Below are positions 26,010-37,075 of a stretch of 64,000 bases of DNA, one piece after another; the stretch's first letter is position 1; each line of letters opens with the position of its first letter. The stretch covers positions 22,020,529-22,084,528 of the forward strand of contig NC_090399.1 of assembly GCF_036365525.1 (NCBI RefSeq). Reading direction: 5' to 3'. A program made the translations under genes and the position numbers. The notes beneath the pieces were generated by a model. The model ran no database searches. It was not told the origin of the DNA and saw nothing but the letters and a program-made list of their open reading frames with translations. The DNA comes from Heterodontus francisci. Taxonomy: Eukaryota.

Positions 26010-26171
26010 TCATAAAATAATTATTACCTTGTTAATATTGGACCATTCTGTGATGATGCCTTATTTCTAATACTTACAGTAAATGTATAAAAAATATCAT
26101 GTTGGCTACAAACATTGAACTATAACTAGTCCTCTAGTCTTAAACATCAAACCCAATCCTTTCTGATTAGT

Positions 26172-26298
26172 TTAAAAGCAAAATACTGCGGATGCTGGAA
26201 ATCTGAAATAAAAACAAGAAATGCTGGAAATACTCAACAGGTCTGGCAGCATCTGCAGAGTTAACGTTTCAGGTCAGTGACCCTTCTTCAGAACTCAG
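26172..26298 (-). ncRNA. 127-bp Penelope-terminus insertion with hammerhead motif (26258-26296)
   Basis: Minus strand GAGTT-CTGAAGA-A-GGGTC act GACCT-GAAA-CGT-T-AACTC; 12-bp TSD TTTCTGATTAGT at 26160-26171 and 26299-26310. Confidence 0.85.
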
Positions 26299-27109
26299 TT
26301 TCTGATTAGTGCTTATATTTGGTAGACTTATTAATTTCATGGAATACTCAGGTCTTAAAAGAGGGAACTGCAGCACAGCATAGTTAAATGCGAGAGTGTC
26401 AAAATTTGGCTTAGGTTGGAATTTTTGTCAGATTATGAAGGGTTTTGTTCGGACGAGTATGAAAGACTACGAGATCGATTTTCAACTTGCCACCCAGGTG
26501 TAAAACTAGTGTTGGGGTTTGGCCACCTGTTATAGGACCACACGTTTAATATTTTCATTGAAACCAATGGAAATGAAAGTTGAGCATTTTCTATTGGGGC
26601 AATGTATGTAATGGAAGTTTATTGTCCAGGCATCAAGTTGAAGATCAACTCCAATCTCATCTGATTACACAGCCTGATCTGAGTGGTTATCAAGTTAGAA
26701 TAATCCCTAAGAGGGGATTTGGAGAGATATCAGGGGTAATTTCATAACACAGAGGCTCTTTGGATCATGAAATGCCTTGCCACAGGGAATGGTTGTGACA
26801 GAGACTGTTGTATCTGCTAATTAAATAAACAATTGACGCAGAGGTATGTACAGAGCTATGGGAATAGCATGGGGCAATGAGATTGGTTTTGGATTGCTCC
26901 AGTAAAGAACTGACATAGACAAGATGGGCTAACTTTGCTCTTTCTGTGCTGGAAACCAATATGACTCAATGGTATTACATTGGACATCTTTACTGGAAAG
27001 GCTTCCCACTGAGGTTCTCATCACAGGGTTCCCCTGACTCCTGTCCCCTTCTAGTGCTGGATTGAATGGCCATATGTCATGTAGTGTTTGAACCTCTCCA
27101 TCTACCCTT

Positions 27110-27312
27110 ATGGAATTTTCCCTGGTGTCCTGGTCAATATTTATCACTCACATGGATAAAACTGATGAGCAGGTCATTATCACATTGCTGTTTGTGAGAT
27201 CTTGTGAGACATTGCAACAGAGACTAAACTTCAAAAGTATCTAATTAGCTGTGAGGTGCTTTGAGATATCCGGAGGTCATGAAAAGTGTTGTCTAAATGC
27301 AAGTCCTTTTTT
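27110..27312 (+). mobile_element. Deu-SINE 3' half with L2-type tail
   Basis: GGTGTCCTGGTCAATATTTATC...TGTGAGGTGCTTTGAG...TAAATGCAAGTC. Confidence 0.6.
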
Positions 27313-27671
27313 TTTCTTTTTTCTCTCATTCCAACTGACTATAGTGCCACTGAATTCAGAGAGTGAAATTGATCCACGTCAATTGCATGAAACTGACTGA
27401 TAACAAATTAGCCACCCAGTTCACAACAATATTATTTACTACTGGCTCCAGTGGAATAGAAAATGGGCTGAGGTGTAAAAGGGGCTGCCAGTTCACTATG
27501 GCTAGTTTTACCCTACTGCCATGGACCAATTTCACTCCATTCACGATAACAACTGAAATCTGTATTGAAACAACCACTGAATCTTCCGTGGCTTTGCCCA
27601 TTAAAGTCAGGTCAAAGTTAATTTCCCTCAGGAGTGCAATATTGAGGCTGCAGATAAAGACAACTGCTTAT

Positions 27672-27752
27672 GAGCGCCATCTAGTGATAAAAGTGTAGAG
27701 CTGCAGGTGTGACAGTGGGACAGGTAAATCCCATCAAGACGCCACCTGGAGG
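27672..27752 (-). promoter_or_regulatory. Two tandem CTCF-like motifs
   Basis: Minus strand TCACTAGATGGCGCTC (27672-27687) with upstream TGCAG 13 nt away, and CCTCCAGGTGGCGTC (27738-27752). Confidence 0.55.
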
Positions 27753-28319
27753 CATGAACATTTGCCCAAATAAGGAGTCACATAGTGTACATCAGTCACG
27801 GTATGAGGTGGGGGGAGAGCCTGGGTGTGAGGAGGTAAGTGATGTAGGGAATTATTGGAAGGGGTTGGAGCTGAGGAACGGAGGCAGGAGGTCTGCAGAG
27901 GAACTTAGGAGCGAGATTTCAGTCTGCCTTCATCTCCCTCTTTGTCATCAACCATCTCAGCATCGTTGTAGTTGACAAAGAGGTATTTAAAACAGTTTTC
28001 ACTTCTTTTTGTAACTATAATCTTCCTCCTGATCTGACCCCATTTCTGCTGTGGATCTTTCGGAAACAGGCATAGAATTTGAGAATTACCCCTTGATATT
28101 AAGAAGTCAAAGCAGGGTTGGAATCTTGTGTCTTTATGTTTCACAGGATTGTCAGGATGATCGTGTGTTCAGTCACTAACCTGGCACTAGCAATCTGCTG
28201 CCAACTTCACCATCTCCCATGGCAAAAGCTCCCTGACTTCTCCTCCTATAGTATGAGATGTCCGAAGGTGGATACCCAATCCAGTGGCCTGCCTCTCACA
28301 GGTATTGTGCACCAATTTC

Positions 28320-29345
28320 ATAGAATGACACAGAACAGAAGGAGACCATTTGGACCATCGTGCATATGCTGGCTCTTTGGTAGAGCAATCCAATTAGTCC
28401 CATTCCTCTGCTCTTTACCCATAGCCTTGTAATTTGTTTCCCCTTCAAGTATTCAGCCAATTCCCTTTTCAGTTACTCCTGAATCTGCTTCCACCACTCT
28501 TTCAGGCAGTACATTCAAAATCATAATAAAATTATAATTTGTTCCTTTAATATCACCTATGGTTCTTTTTCCAATTAATGTACTTTCTATCCTCTGGTTC
28601 CAGACCCTTCTTCAATTGGAAACAATTTCTCATTATTTACTTCACCTAAACTAGGGTTGTCCAATCTTTTTGTGTGGGGTAAGGGCGGCGACCAGTGAGA
28701 CAATTTCAGAAAGATGAAGGCATTAAAAATGTATCTTACTATTAATCAAAACAACAAATGTTCATTTTGATGAAGAAGCTTTAAATGAGAAGATTAATTT
28801 TTTGACTTTCTTTCACATCATCATGTTGGACACTGACTTAGTGAGATACCTGCCTTTTTTTTGCTTGCACAAGTAGTCAATGTTTGCCCGCACACTTGGT
28901 GTAGCGATGTGGAGTATTCCGGATAGATGTCCATCTGTCAGGAGTGATCTTGATCACTCTCTCTGTTCCCAATGTCAGCACCTTTCAGCTGTGAAACTAA
29001 CAGCTGGGATTTTCTTTTACAAAAAGCTGGTCTGAAAGGAGAAGTCAATGGAAAATTTCTCATCCCTAAAATACATCTGCGGGCCGGATGGAAATTGTTG
29101 GCAGGGCAGATCTTGGCCATCAGACTGTATGTTGGACAACCCTTATCTAAACCCTTTATGCTATAGAACACCTTTATCAAATTTCCTCTTTACCTTCTCT
29201 GCTTCAAGGCAAACAACCATAACTGAGGTTCCTGATCCCCAATACCATTCTAGTAAATCTTTTTTGCATCCTCTCCAAGCCCTTGACATTCTTCCTAAAG
29301 TATGGTACCCAGAACACAATACGCTCGCTGAGGCCTAAGCAATGT
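28320..29345 (-). mobile_element. CR1 3' fragment interrupted by a hAT MITE
   Basis: FWVPYFRKNVKGLERMQKRFTRM in ORF 29204..29410(-). Confidence 0.7.
28652..29144. mobile_element. hAT (Charlie-like) MITE
   Basis: TIRs AGGGTTGTCCAA (28653-28664) and TTGGACAACCCT (29132-29143); 8-bp TSD ACCTAAAC/ATCTAAAC (7 of 8 match). Confidence 0.85.
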
Positions 29346-30608
29346 TTTAGAAAAAGTTTAAGGACATACAAAATAGGAGCATGAGTAGACCATGTGGGCC
29401 CCTCGAGCAAGCTCGCCCATTCAATGCCTCAACTCCACTTTCCCCCCTGCTCTCCATATCCCTTAATACCCTGAGATCAAAATAATTGATCACAGCCTTG
29501 AATATACTCAACAATGGGCTTTCAGCAACCCACTGGGGAGGAGAATTCCAAAGACTCAACCCTTGAGTGAAGAAATTGTTCCTCATCTCAGTCCTAAATG
29601 ATCGGCCCCTTATGCTGAGGCTATGCCCCCATGTTCTAGGTTCCCCAGCCAGAGGAAAGAACTTCTCAGTGTCTACCCTGTCAAGCCCCTTCAGAATCTT
29701 GTATGAGATCACCTCTAAACTCCAGAGGTCCAATTTACCCAGATTTTCATCATAGGTCAACCCTTTAATCCCACAAACCAATCTAGTGAAACTTTGTTGT
29801 ACTGCCTCCATGGCAATTATATCCTTCCCTAGATATGGAGACCAAAATTACACACAGTACTCCAGGTGTGGTCTCAGCAAAGCCCTGTACAATTGTAGCA
29901 AGACATAATTGTTATTGCATCCAGTCCCCTTGCAATAAAGGCCAACATATCATTTGCCTTCCTAATTGCTTGCCGTATCTGCATCTTAACTTTCTGTGTT
30001 CCTTGTACAAACACACGCAAGTCTCTCTGACCATCAACATGTAAAAGTTTCACGCCTTGTAAAACATACTCTGCTTTTCAATTTTATTACCAAAGTGAAT
30101 AGCCTCGCATTTCCCCACATAATACTCCATCTGTCACCTTGTTGCCCACTCACTTAAATTGTCTATTAATCTTTGCAGCCTTTGTGTCCACACTGCTGAC
30201 CAGGGGACTGCTGGGTAAGGAAAAGGGTATATATTTGTGTGGTTTAGAATCTCTTTCTTTTAGTTTCGGTGACTGCAGCGTTGATAGCAACGGAGGTGCG
30301 TGAACGGGCTTACAGCTGAGAAGTCAATTTCAGCGTAAGTTTAAAAGTGAATTCCCTTTTGTTTCCGGAGGACCAGGGGACTGCTGGGTAAGGAAAAGGG
30401 TATATATTTGTGTGGTGGCTGTACCCGAGACACTACACGTGTAGTGTCTCCCACCCACCCTCCTCCTCTAACCAAAAAAAAAGGACTCTGGTGTGTTGAT
30501 AAGGTAAACTTTTTATTTGGGAAGTTCTGTCCGTTGGATTGCTAACCTAACAAGTTTTGACTTTTTGTTTTTTTGGTTCTTGAGTAGATTTGTTGGGAAT
30601 TTGGAATA

Positions 30609-31550
30609 GTGGGAATGGAGATTAAGGCAGTTGTATGTTCCTCCTGCAGAATGTGGGAGGTAAGGGTCGCCAAGAGTGTCCCTGCTGACTGCATCTGTGG
30701 GAAGTGCACCCAACTCCAGCTCCTCGAGAACCGCGTTAGGGAACTGGAGCTGGAGCTGGATGAACTTCGGATCATTCGGGAGGCGGAGGAGGTTATTGAG
30801 AGGAGTTATGGGGAGGTAGTCACACCTCAGGTTAAAGAAGTAGGTAGATGGGTTACCGTCAGGGGAAGGAGAGGGAACCAGCAGGCAGTGCAGGGATCCC
30901 CTGTGGCTGTTTCCCTCAACAACAGGTATACCGTTTTGGATACTGTTGCGGGGGACGACTTACCAGGGGTAAGCAATGGGGTACAGATATCTGGCACAGA
31001 GTCTGTCCCTGTTGCTCAGAAGGGAAGGGGGAAGAGGAGCAGAATATTAGTCATTGGGGACTCCATAGTTAGGGGAACAGATAGGAGGTTCTGTGGGAAC
31101 GAGAGAGACTCACGGTTGGTATGTTGCCTCCCAGGTGCCAGGGTTCGTGATGTCTCGGATCGTGTTTTTGGGATCCTTAATGGGGAGGGGGAGCAGCCCC
31201 AAGTCGTGGTCCACATAGGCACCAACGACATAGGTAGGAAGAGAGATGGGGATTTAAGACAGAAATTTAGGGAGCTAGGGTGGAAGCTTAGAGCAAGAAC
31301 AAACAGAGTTGTTATCTCTGGGTTGTTGCCCGTGCCACGTGATAGCGAAGCGAGGAATAGGGAGAGAGAGGAGTTGAACACGTGGCTGCAGGGATGGTGC
31401 AGGAGGGAGGGATTTGGTTTCCTGGATAATTGGGGCTCTTTCTGGGGTAGGTGGGACCTCTACAAACAGGATGGTCTTCACCTGAACCAGAGGGGTACCA
31501 ATATCCTGGGGGGGAGGTTTGTTAGTGCTCTTCGGGGGGGTTTAAACTAA
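30609..31550 (+). CDS. CR1 ORF1p: zinc finger, leucine zipper, SGNH/GDSL esterase domain
   Basis: CSSC..CICGKC; LLENRVRELELELDEL; VIGDS, HIGTND, DGLHLN. Confidence 0.93.
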   Translation: MGMEIKAVVCSSCRMWEVRVAKSVPADCICGKCTQLQLLENRVRELELELDELRIIREAEEVIERSYGEVVTPQVKEVGRWVTVRGRRGNQQAVQGSPVAVSLNNRYTVLDTVAGDDLPGVSNGVQISGTESVPVAQKGRGKRSRILVIGDSIVRGTDRRFCGNERDSRLVCCLPGARVRDVSDRVFGILNGEGEQPQVVVHIGTNDIGRKRDGDLRQKFRELGWKLRARTNRVVISGLLPVPRDSEARNREREELNTWLQGWCRREGFGFLDNWGSFWGRWDLYKQDGLHLNQRGTNILGGRFVSALRGGLN

Positions 31551-31621
31551 TTCAGCAGGGGAATGGGAACCCAAATTGTAGTGCCAGTGTACAGGATGTT
31601 GAGAGTAGTGAGGTCAGGGAT

Positions 31622-34426
31622 ATGGTTACAAGGAAGCAAGAGGGCACTGGCAAGCAAGAACCTGGTTTAAAGTGTGTCTATTTCAATGCCAGGAGCATCC
31701 GGAATAAGGTGGGTGAGCTTGCAGCATGGGTTGGTACCTGGGATCTCGATGTAGTGGCCATTTCGGAGACAAGGGTAGAGCAGGGGCAGGAATGGATGTT
31801 GCAGATTCCGGGATTTAGATGTTTCAGTAAGAACAGAGAAGATGGTAAAAGAGGGTGGGGTGTGGCATTGTTAATCAAGGAGAATATTACAGCGACAGAA
31901 AGGACGTTTGAGGACTCGTCTACTGAGGTAGTATGGGCTGAGGTTAGAAACAGGAGAGGTGAGGTTACCCTGTTGGGAGTCTTTTATAGACCTCCGAATA
32001 GTTCCAGAGATGTAGAGGAAAGGATAGCGAAGATGATTCTCGACAGGGGTGAGAGTAACAGGGTAGTTGTTATGGGGGACTTTAACTTTCCAAATATCGA
32101 CTGGAAATACTATAGTTCGAGTACTTTAGATGGGTCAGTTTTTGTCCAGTGTGTGGAGGGTTTTCTGACACAGTATGTAGACAGGCCAACCAGGGGCGAT
32201 GCCACATTGGATTTGGTACTGGGAAATGAACCCGGCCAGGTGTTAGATTTAGATGTAGGTGAGCACTTTGGTGACAGTGATCACAATTCGGTTAGGTTTA
32301 CCTTAGCGATGGGCAGGGACAGGTATATACCGCAGGGCAAGAATTATAACTGGGGGAAAGGAAATTATGATGCAATTAGGCAAGATTTAGGATGCGTAGG
32401 ATGGGGAAGGAAACTGCAGGGGATGGGAACAATCGAAATGTGGAGCTTATTCAAGGAGCAGCTACTGCGTGTCCTTGATAAGTAAGTACCTGTCAGGCAG
32501 GGAGGAAGTTGTCGAGCGAGGGAGCCGTGGTTTACTAAAGAAGTTGAAGCGCTTGTCAAGAGGAAGAAGAAGGCTTATGTTAGGATGAGACGTGAAGGCT
32601 CAGTTAGGGCGCTTGAGAGCTACAAGCTAGCCAGGAAGGATCTAAAGGGAGAGCTAAGAAGAGCAAGGAGAGGACACGAGAAGTCATTGGTGGATCGGAT
32701 CAGGGAAAACCCTAAGGCTTTCTATAGGTATATCAGGAATAAAAGAATGACTAGAGTTAGATTAGGGCCAATCAAGGATAGTAGTGGGAAGTTGTGTGTG
32801 GAATCAGAGGAGATAGGGGAAGTGTTAAATGAATATTTTGCGTCAGTATTTACAGTAGAGAAAGAAAATGTTGTTGAGAATACTGAGATTCAGGCTACGA
32901 GGCTAGATGGGATTGAGGTTCACAAGGAGGAGGTGTTAGCAATTTTGGAAAGTGTGAAAATAGATAAGTCCCCTGGGCCAGATGGGATTTATCCTAGGAT
33001 TCTCTGGGAAGCTAGGGAGGAGATTGCAGAGCCTTTGTCCTTGATCTTTATGTCGTCATTGTCGACAGGAATAGTGCCGGAAGACTGGAGGATTGCAAAT
33101 GTTGTCCCCTTGTTCAAGAAGGGGAGTAGAGACAGCCCTGGTAATTATAGACCTGTGAGCCTCACTTCGGTTGTGGGTAAAATGTTGGAAAAGGTTATAA
33201 GAGACAGGATTTATAATCATCTTGAAAAGAATAAGTACATTAGAGATAGTCAGCACGGTTTTGTGACGGGTAGGTCGTGCCTCACAAACCTTATTGAGTT
33301 TTTCGAGAAGGTGACCAAACAGGTGGATGAGGGTAAAGCAGTGGATGTGGTGTATATGGATTTCAGTAAGGCGTTTGATAAGGTTCCCCACGGTAGGCTA
33401 TTGCAGAAAATACGGAAGTATGGGGTTGAAGGTGATTTAGAGCTTTGGATCAGAAATTGGCTAGCTGAAAGAAGACAGAGGGTGGTGGTTGATGGCAAAT
33501 GTTCATCCTGGAGTTTAGTTACTAGTGGTGTACCGCAAGGATCTGTTTTGGGGCCATTGCTGTTTGTCATTTTTATAAATGACCTGGAAGAGGGTGTAGA
33601 AGGGTGGGTTAGTAAATTTGCAGATGACACTAAGGTCGGTGGAGTTGTGGATAGTGCCGAAGGATGTTGTAGGGTACAGAGAGACATAGATAGGCTGCAG
33701 AGCTGGGCTGAGAGATGGCAAATGGAGTTTAATGCGGAAAAGTGTGAGGTGATTCACTTTGGAAGGAGTAACAGGAATGCAGAGTACTGGGCTAATGGGA
33801 AGATTCTTGTTAGTGTAGATGAGCAGAGAGATCTTGGTGTCCAGGTGCATAAATCCCTGAAGGTTGCTAACCAGGTTAATAGGGCTGTCAAGAAGGCATA
33901 TGGTGTGTTAGCTTTTATTAGTGGGGGGGTCGAGTTTCGGAGCCACGAGGTCATGCTGCAGCTGTACAAGACTCTGGTGAGACCGCACCTGGAGTATTGC
34001 GTGCAGTTCTGGTCACCGCATTATAGGAAGGATGTGGAAGCTATGGAAAGGGTGCAGAGGAGATTTACTAGGATGTTGCCTGGTATGGAGGGAAGGTCTT
34101 ACGAGGAAAGGCTGAGGGACTTGAGGTTGTTTTCGTTGGAGAGAAGGAGGAGGAGAGGTGACTTAATAGAGACATATAAGATAATCAGAGGGTTAGATAG
34201 GGTGGATAGTGAGCGTCTTTTTCCTCGGATGGTGATGGCAAACACGAGGGGACATAGCTTCAAGTTGAGGGGTGATAGATATAGGACAGATGTGAGAGGT
34301 AGTTTCTTTACTCAGAGAGTAGTAAGGGCGTGGAATGCCCTGCCTGCAGCAGTAGTAGATTCGCCAACTTTAAGGGCATTTAAGTGGACATTGGATAGAC
34401 ACATGGATGAAAATGGAATAGTGTAG
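31622..34426 (+). pseudogene. CR1 ORF2p (APE endonuclease + reverse transcriptase) with a single in-frame TAA at 32483-32485
   Basis: YFNARS, ISET, MGDFN, SDH; GVPQGSVLGP, KFADD; ORFs 31622..32485 and 32585..34426 share a frame with no other stop between them. Confidence 0.95.
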
Positions 34427-36161
34427 GTCAGATGGTTTCACAGCTCGGCGCAACATCGAGGGCTGAAGGGCCTGTACTGCGCTGTAATATTCTAATATTC
34501 TAATTCTAATTCTAATTCTAATTACCATATCGCTATGTATCATCAGCAAACTTGGATAGAGTACTCTCAGTCTCTTCATCTAAGTTATTAATACTGATTC
34601 TGAATAACTGAGACCCCAGTACCAATTCTTGCTGCATTCCACTAGTTACAGCTGGCCAAGTTGAAAATGCCCCATTCATCCCTATTCTCTGCTTCCTGTC
34701 CATTAACTAATCCTTCATCCTTGCTAATATATCACCCCTAACTCCATGGGCTCTTATCTTGCCTTTTGTGTGGCACCTTATCAAATGTCATTTGCTAATC
34801 CAAGTATACTATATTTGTTGACTTCCCTTTATCTATCCTAGTAGTTACAGCCTCAAAAACACTCTAATAAATTGTTAAACATGACTTCCCTTTCATGAAA
34901 CCATGTTGATTCATCTGATCATACTGTGGCTTTCTGAGTGCATTGTTAAGACTTCTTTAATGATAGATTCCAGCATTATCCCAATGACTGATGTCAGCCT
35001 AGCTGGCCAATAGTTCCTTCTTTTCTCTCTCCCTCCTTTCTTGAATAATGGTGTCACATTTGCTAACTTCCAATCCATTGGGACCATTGTAAAATCTACG
35101 GAATTTTGGAAAACCATAACCAGCACATCCACTATCTCTGTAGCTACCTCTTTTAGAACATAAATTTCTCTCATACTTTTTGTCTGCTGATATTAATTAC
35201 TTTAAGTTCCTCACTCTGACTCAACCCTTTGTTTACCCTCTGTTTCTGGTATGGAATTTATATCTTCTTCTGTGAAGATGGACAAAATATTTGTTCAACA
35301 TCTTTGCCATTTCCTTATTCCCCATGATAATTTCTCCTGTGTTCCCCTCTAAGGCACCAATTTTTACTTTAGCCAGTCTCCTCCTTTTAATACACCTATA
35401 AAAGCTTTTGCAATCCATTTTTATATTCCTGGTTAATTTACGCTCATTCTCTGTGTTCCCCTTCTCTCAACTTTTTCTTGCCCTTTGCTGGTTTCTAAAA
35501 CTCTCCCACTGCTCAGGCTTACTCCTATTCTCCACAACATTATAAGCCTCTTCTTTTAATCTATTACTATCTTTAACTTCCCTTGTAAGCCAAGGACCTT
35601 TCCCATTGAGCTTTTTTGATGGAACGTAGTTTTGTTGAACAATTTTTGAATCATTGCTTAAAATGTTTCCCACAGTTTATTGACGACTATACCTTTTAGT
35701 AACTTCCACACAAAAGGCTGGTTAACAAAATTGAGGTTCACGGAATAGGAGGGTCAGTGTTCAATTGGATTTAAAAAAATTGGCTTAAGGGCAGAAAACA
35801 GCCAGTTGTAATAAATGGTTACTTTTCAAACTGGAGGATGGTAGACAGTGGTGTTCCCCAAGGGTCACTGCTGGGACCACTGCTTTTTTTGCTATATATC
35901 AAATGAATTGAATCTTGGAATACAGAGTAGAATCTCAAAATTTGCCAAAGACACCAAACTTGGAGGTGTGGAAAACAGTGAGGATGATATAAAATACCTG
36001 CAACAGGACATAGATAGGCTAGCAGAATAGGCAGACAGGTGGCAGATGGAATTTAATACTAACAAATGTGAGGTGATGCATTTTGACAGAAGGAATAGGG
36101 AGAGGCAATATATACTTAATCACATAGTTCTAAAGAGAGTGCAGGAACAAAGGGACCTGCG

Positions 36162-36940
36162 TGTTGTTATGATCCTGTAGCTTTTTTTCTGTGAAGAATG
36201 CGGTGTGCCTTTAAGGCTGGAAAAAGAAGCAGTATTGCTTTAAGGCAACAAGCTCAGTCTTTGAGTTAAAGAATGCATTCTCATTGCCCCGGGATACAGC
36301 CACTCAGGACCAAGGACACAAGATACATTGTTGCCGATTGATGTTTGAAACTAGCTGAAAAACTGGCTTTTGACAGAGATGCAGACAGACATCTGGACCA
36401 GCATATACTGAAGGAAATGAGAGAGTTCTCTCAGTTAATTTAAACCCCATTTACGATAGTCTCAGAATTCTGATGTAAACCAGATTAATTTCTTAAAAGA
36501 AAATAACCAATTCCTTTAACTACTGAATGGTAATTGTTCATCACTGGAAAAGAAGAGCATTAATTCAACTGCTGAACTAGACTATGGACTGTTCCACTGT
36601 TGAAGAACCTTTTTTCCCTCGGACAGTTGTGAGGATTTCAAGCAACGTCGGACAATTCCATATTGGAAGATTTCACATTGGCAAGAGCTTAAATATGCAA
36701 TGACTCAATATTTTTCTATTTTAAATGTTATTTATATCTTAGTAGTATTTAAGAATTTAGTTTTCTACTTAAACAGTTAATTTGTCAATCTAAAGACACC
36801 TGGTTTGTTTAGCCTCATTCAGGGGTTAATAGATAGTCTTTCTTTAATTTGGAAAGTTTAAAATGATATGTTAGGCCATCTGTGGAGGGATAGGCCTGAC
36901 TCAAAGGTGCATTTCTCCCACCACAATCAGCATCGTATAT
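36162..36940 (+). mobile_element. Solo-LTR-like insertion
   Basis: About 780 bp of non-CR1 sequence starting TGTTGTTATG that cleanly interrupts CR1 ORF2; terminal CA and TSD not clear. Confidence 0.45.
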
Positions 36941-37075
36941 TTTAGGGTGCATGTGCATTGATCTTTGAAGGTGGCAGGCCATATTGAGAGAGTGGTTAGT
37001 AAAGCATATGGGATCTTGGGCTTCAAAAACAGAAGCATCGAGTACAAGAGCAGGGACATTATGCTGAACCTTTAT

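Larger units (their letters stand above)
30198..34522 (+). mobile_element. Young, near-full-length CR1 LINE
   Basis: 5'UTR, intact ORF1, ORF2 with one nonsense codon, 3'UTR and (TAATTC)n tail. Confidence 0.97.
29360..35695 (-). mobile_element. Older antisense CR1 (29360-30190 and 34523-35695) hosting the young CR1
   Basis: ORFs 29347..29811(-) and 34911..35174(-) (WKLANVTPLFKKGGR) are collinear across the insert. Confidence 0.75.

Noticed and set aside
30609-31550. Host GDSL lipase gene
   Set aside because: The esterase domain is an established part of CR1 ORF1p and sits inside the LINE
34491-34522. Telomere-like hexamer repeat
   Set aside because: (TAATTC)n is the CR1 3' microsatellite tail
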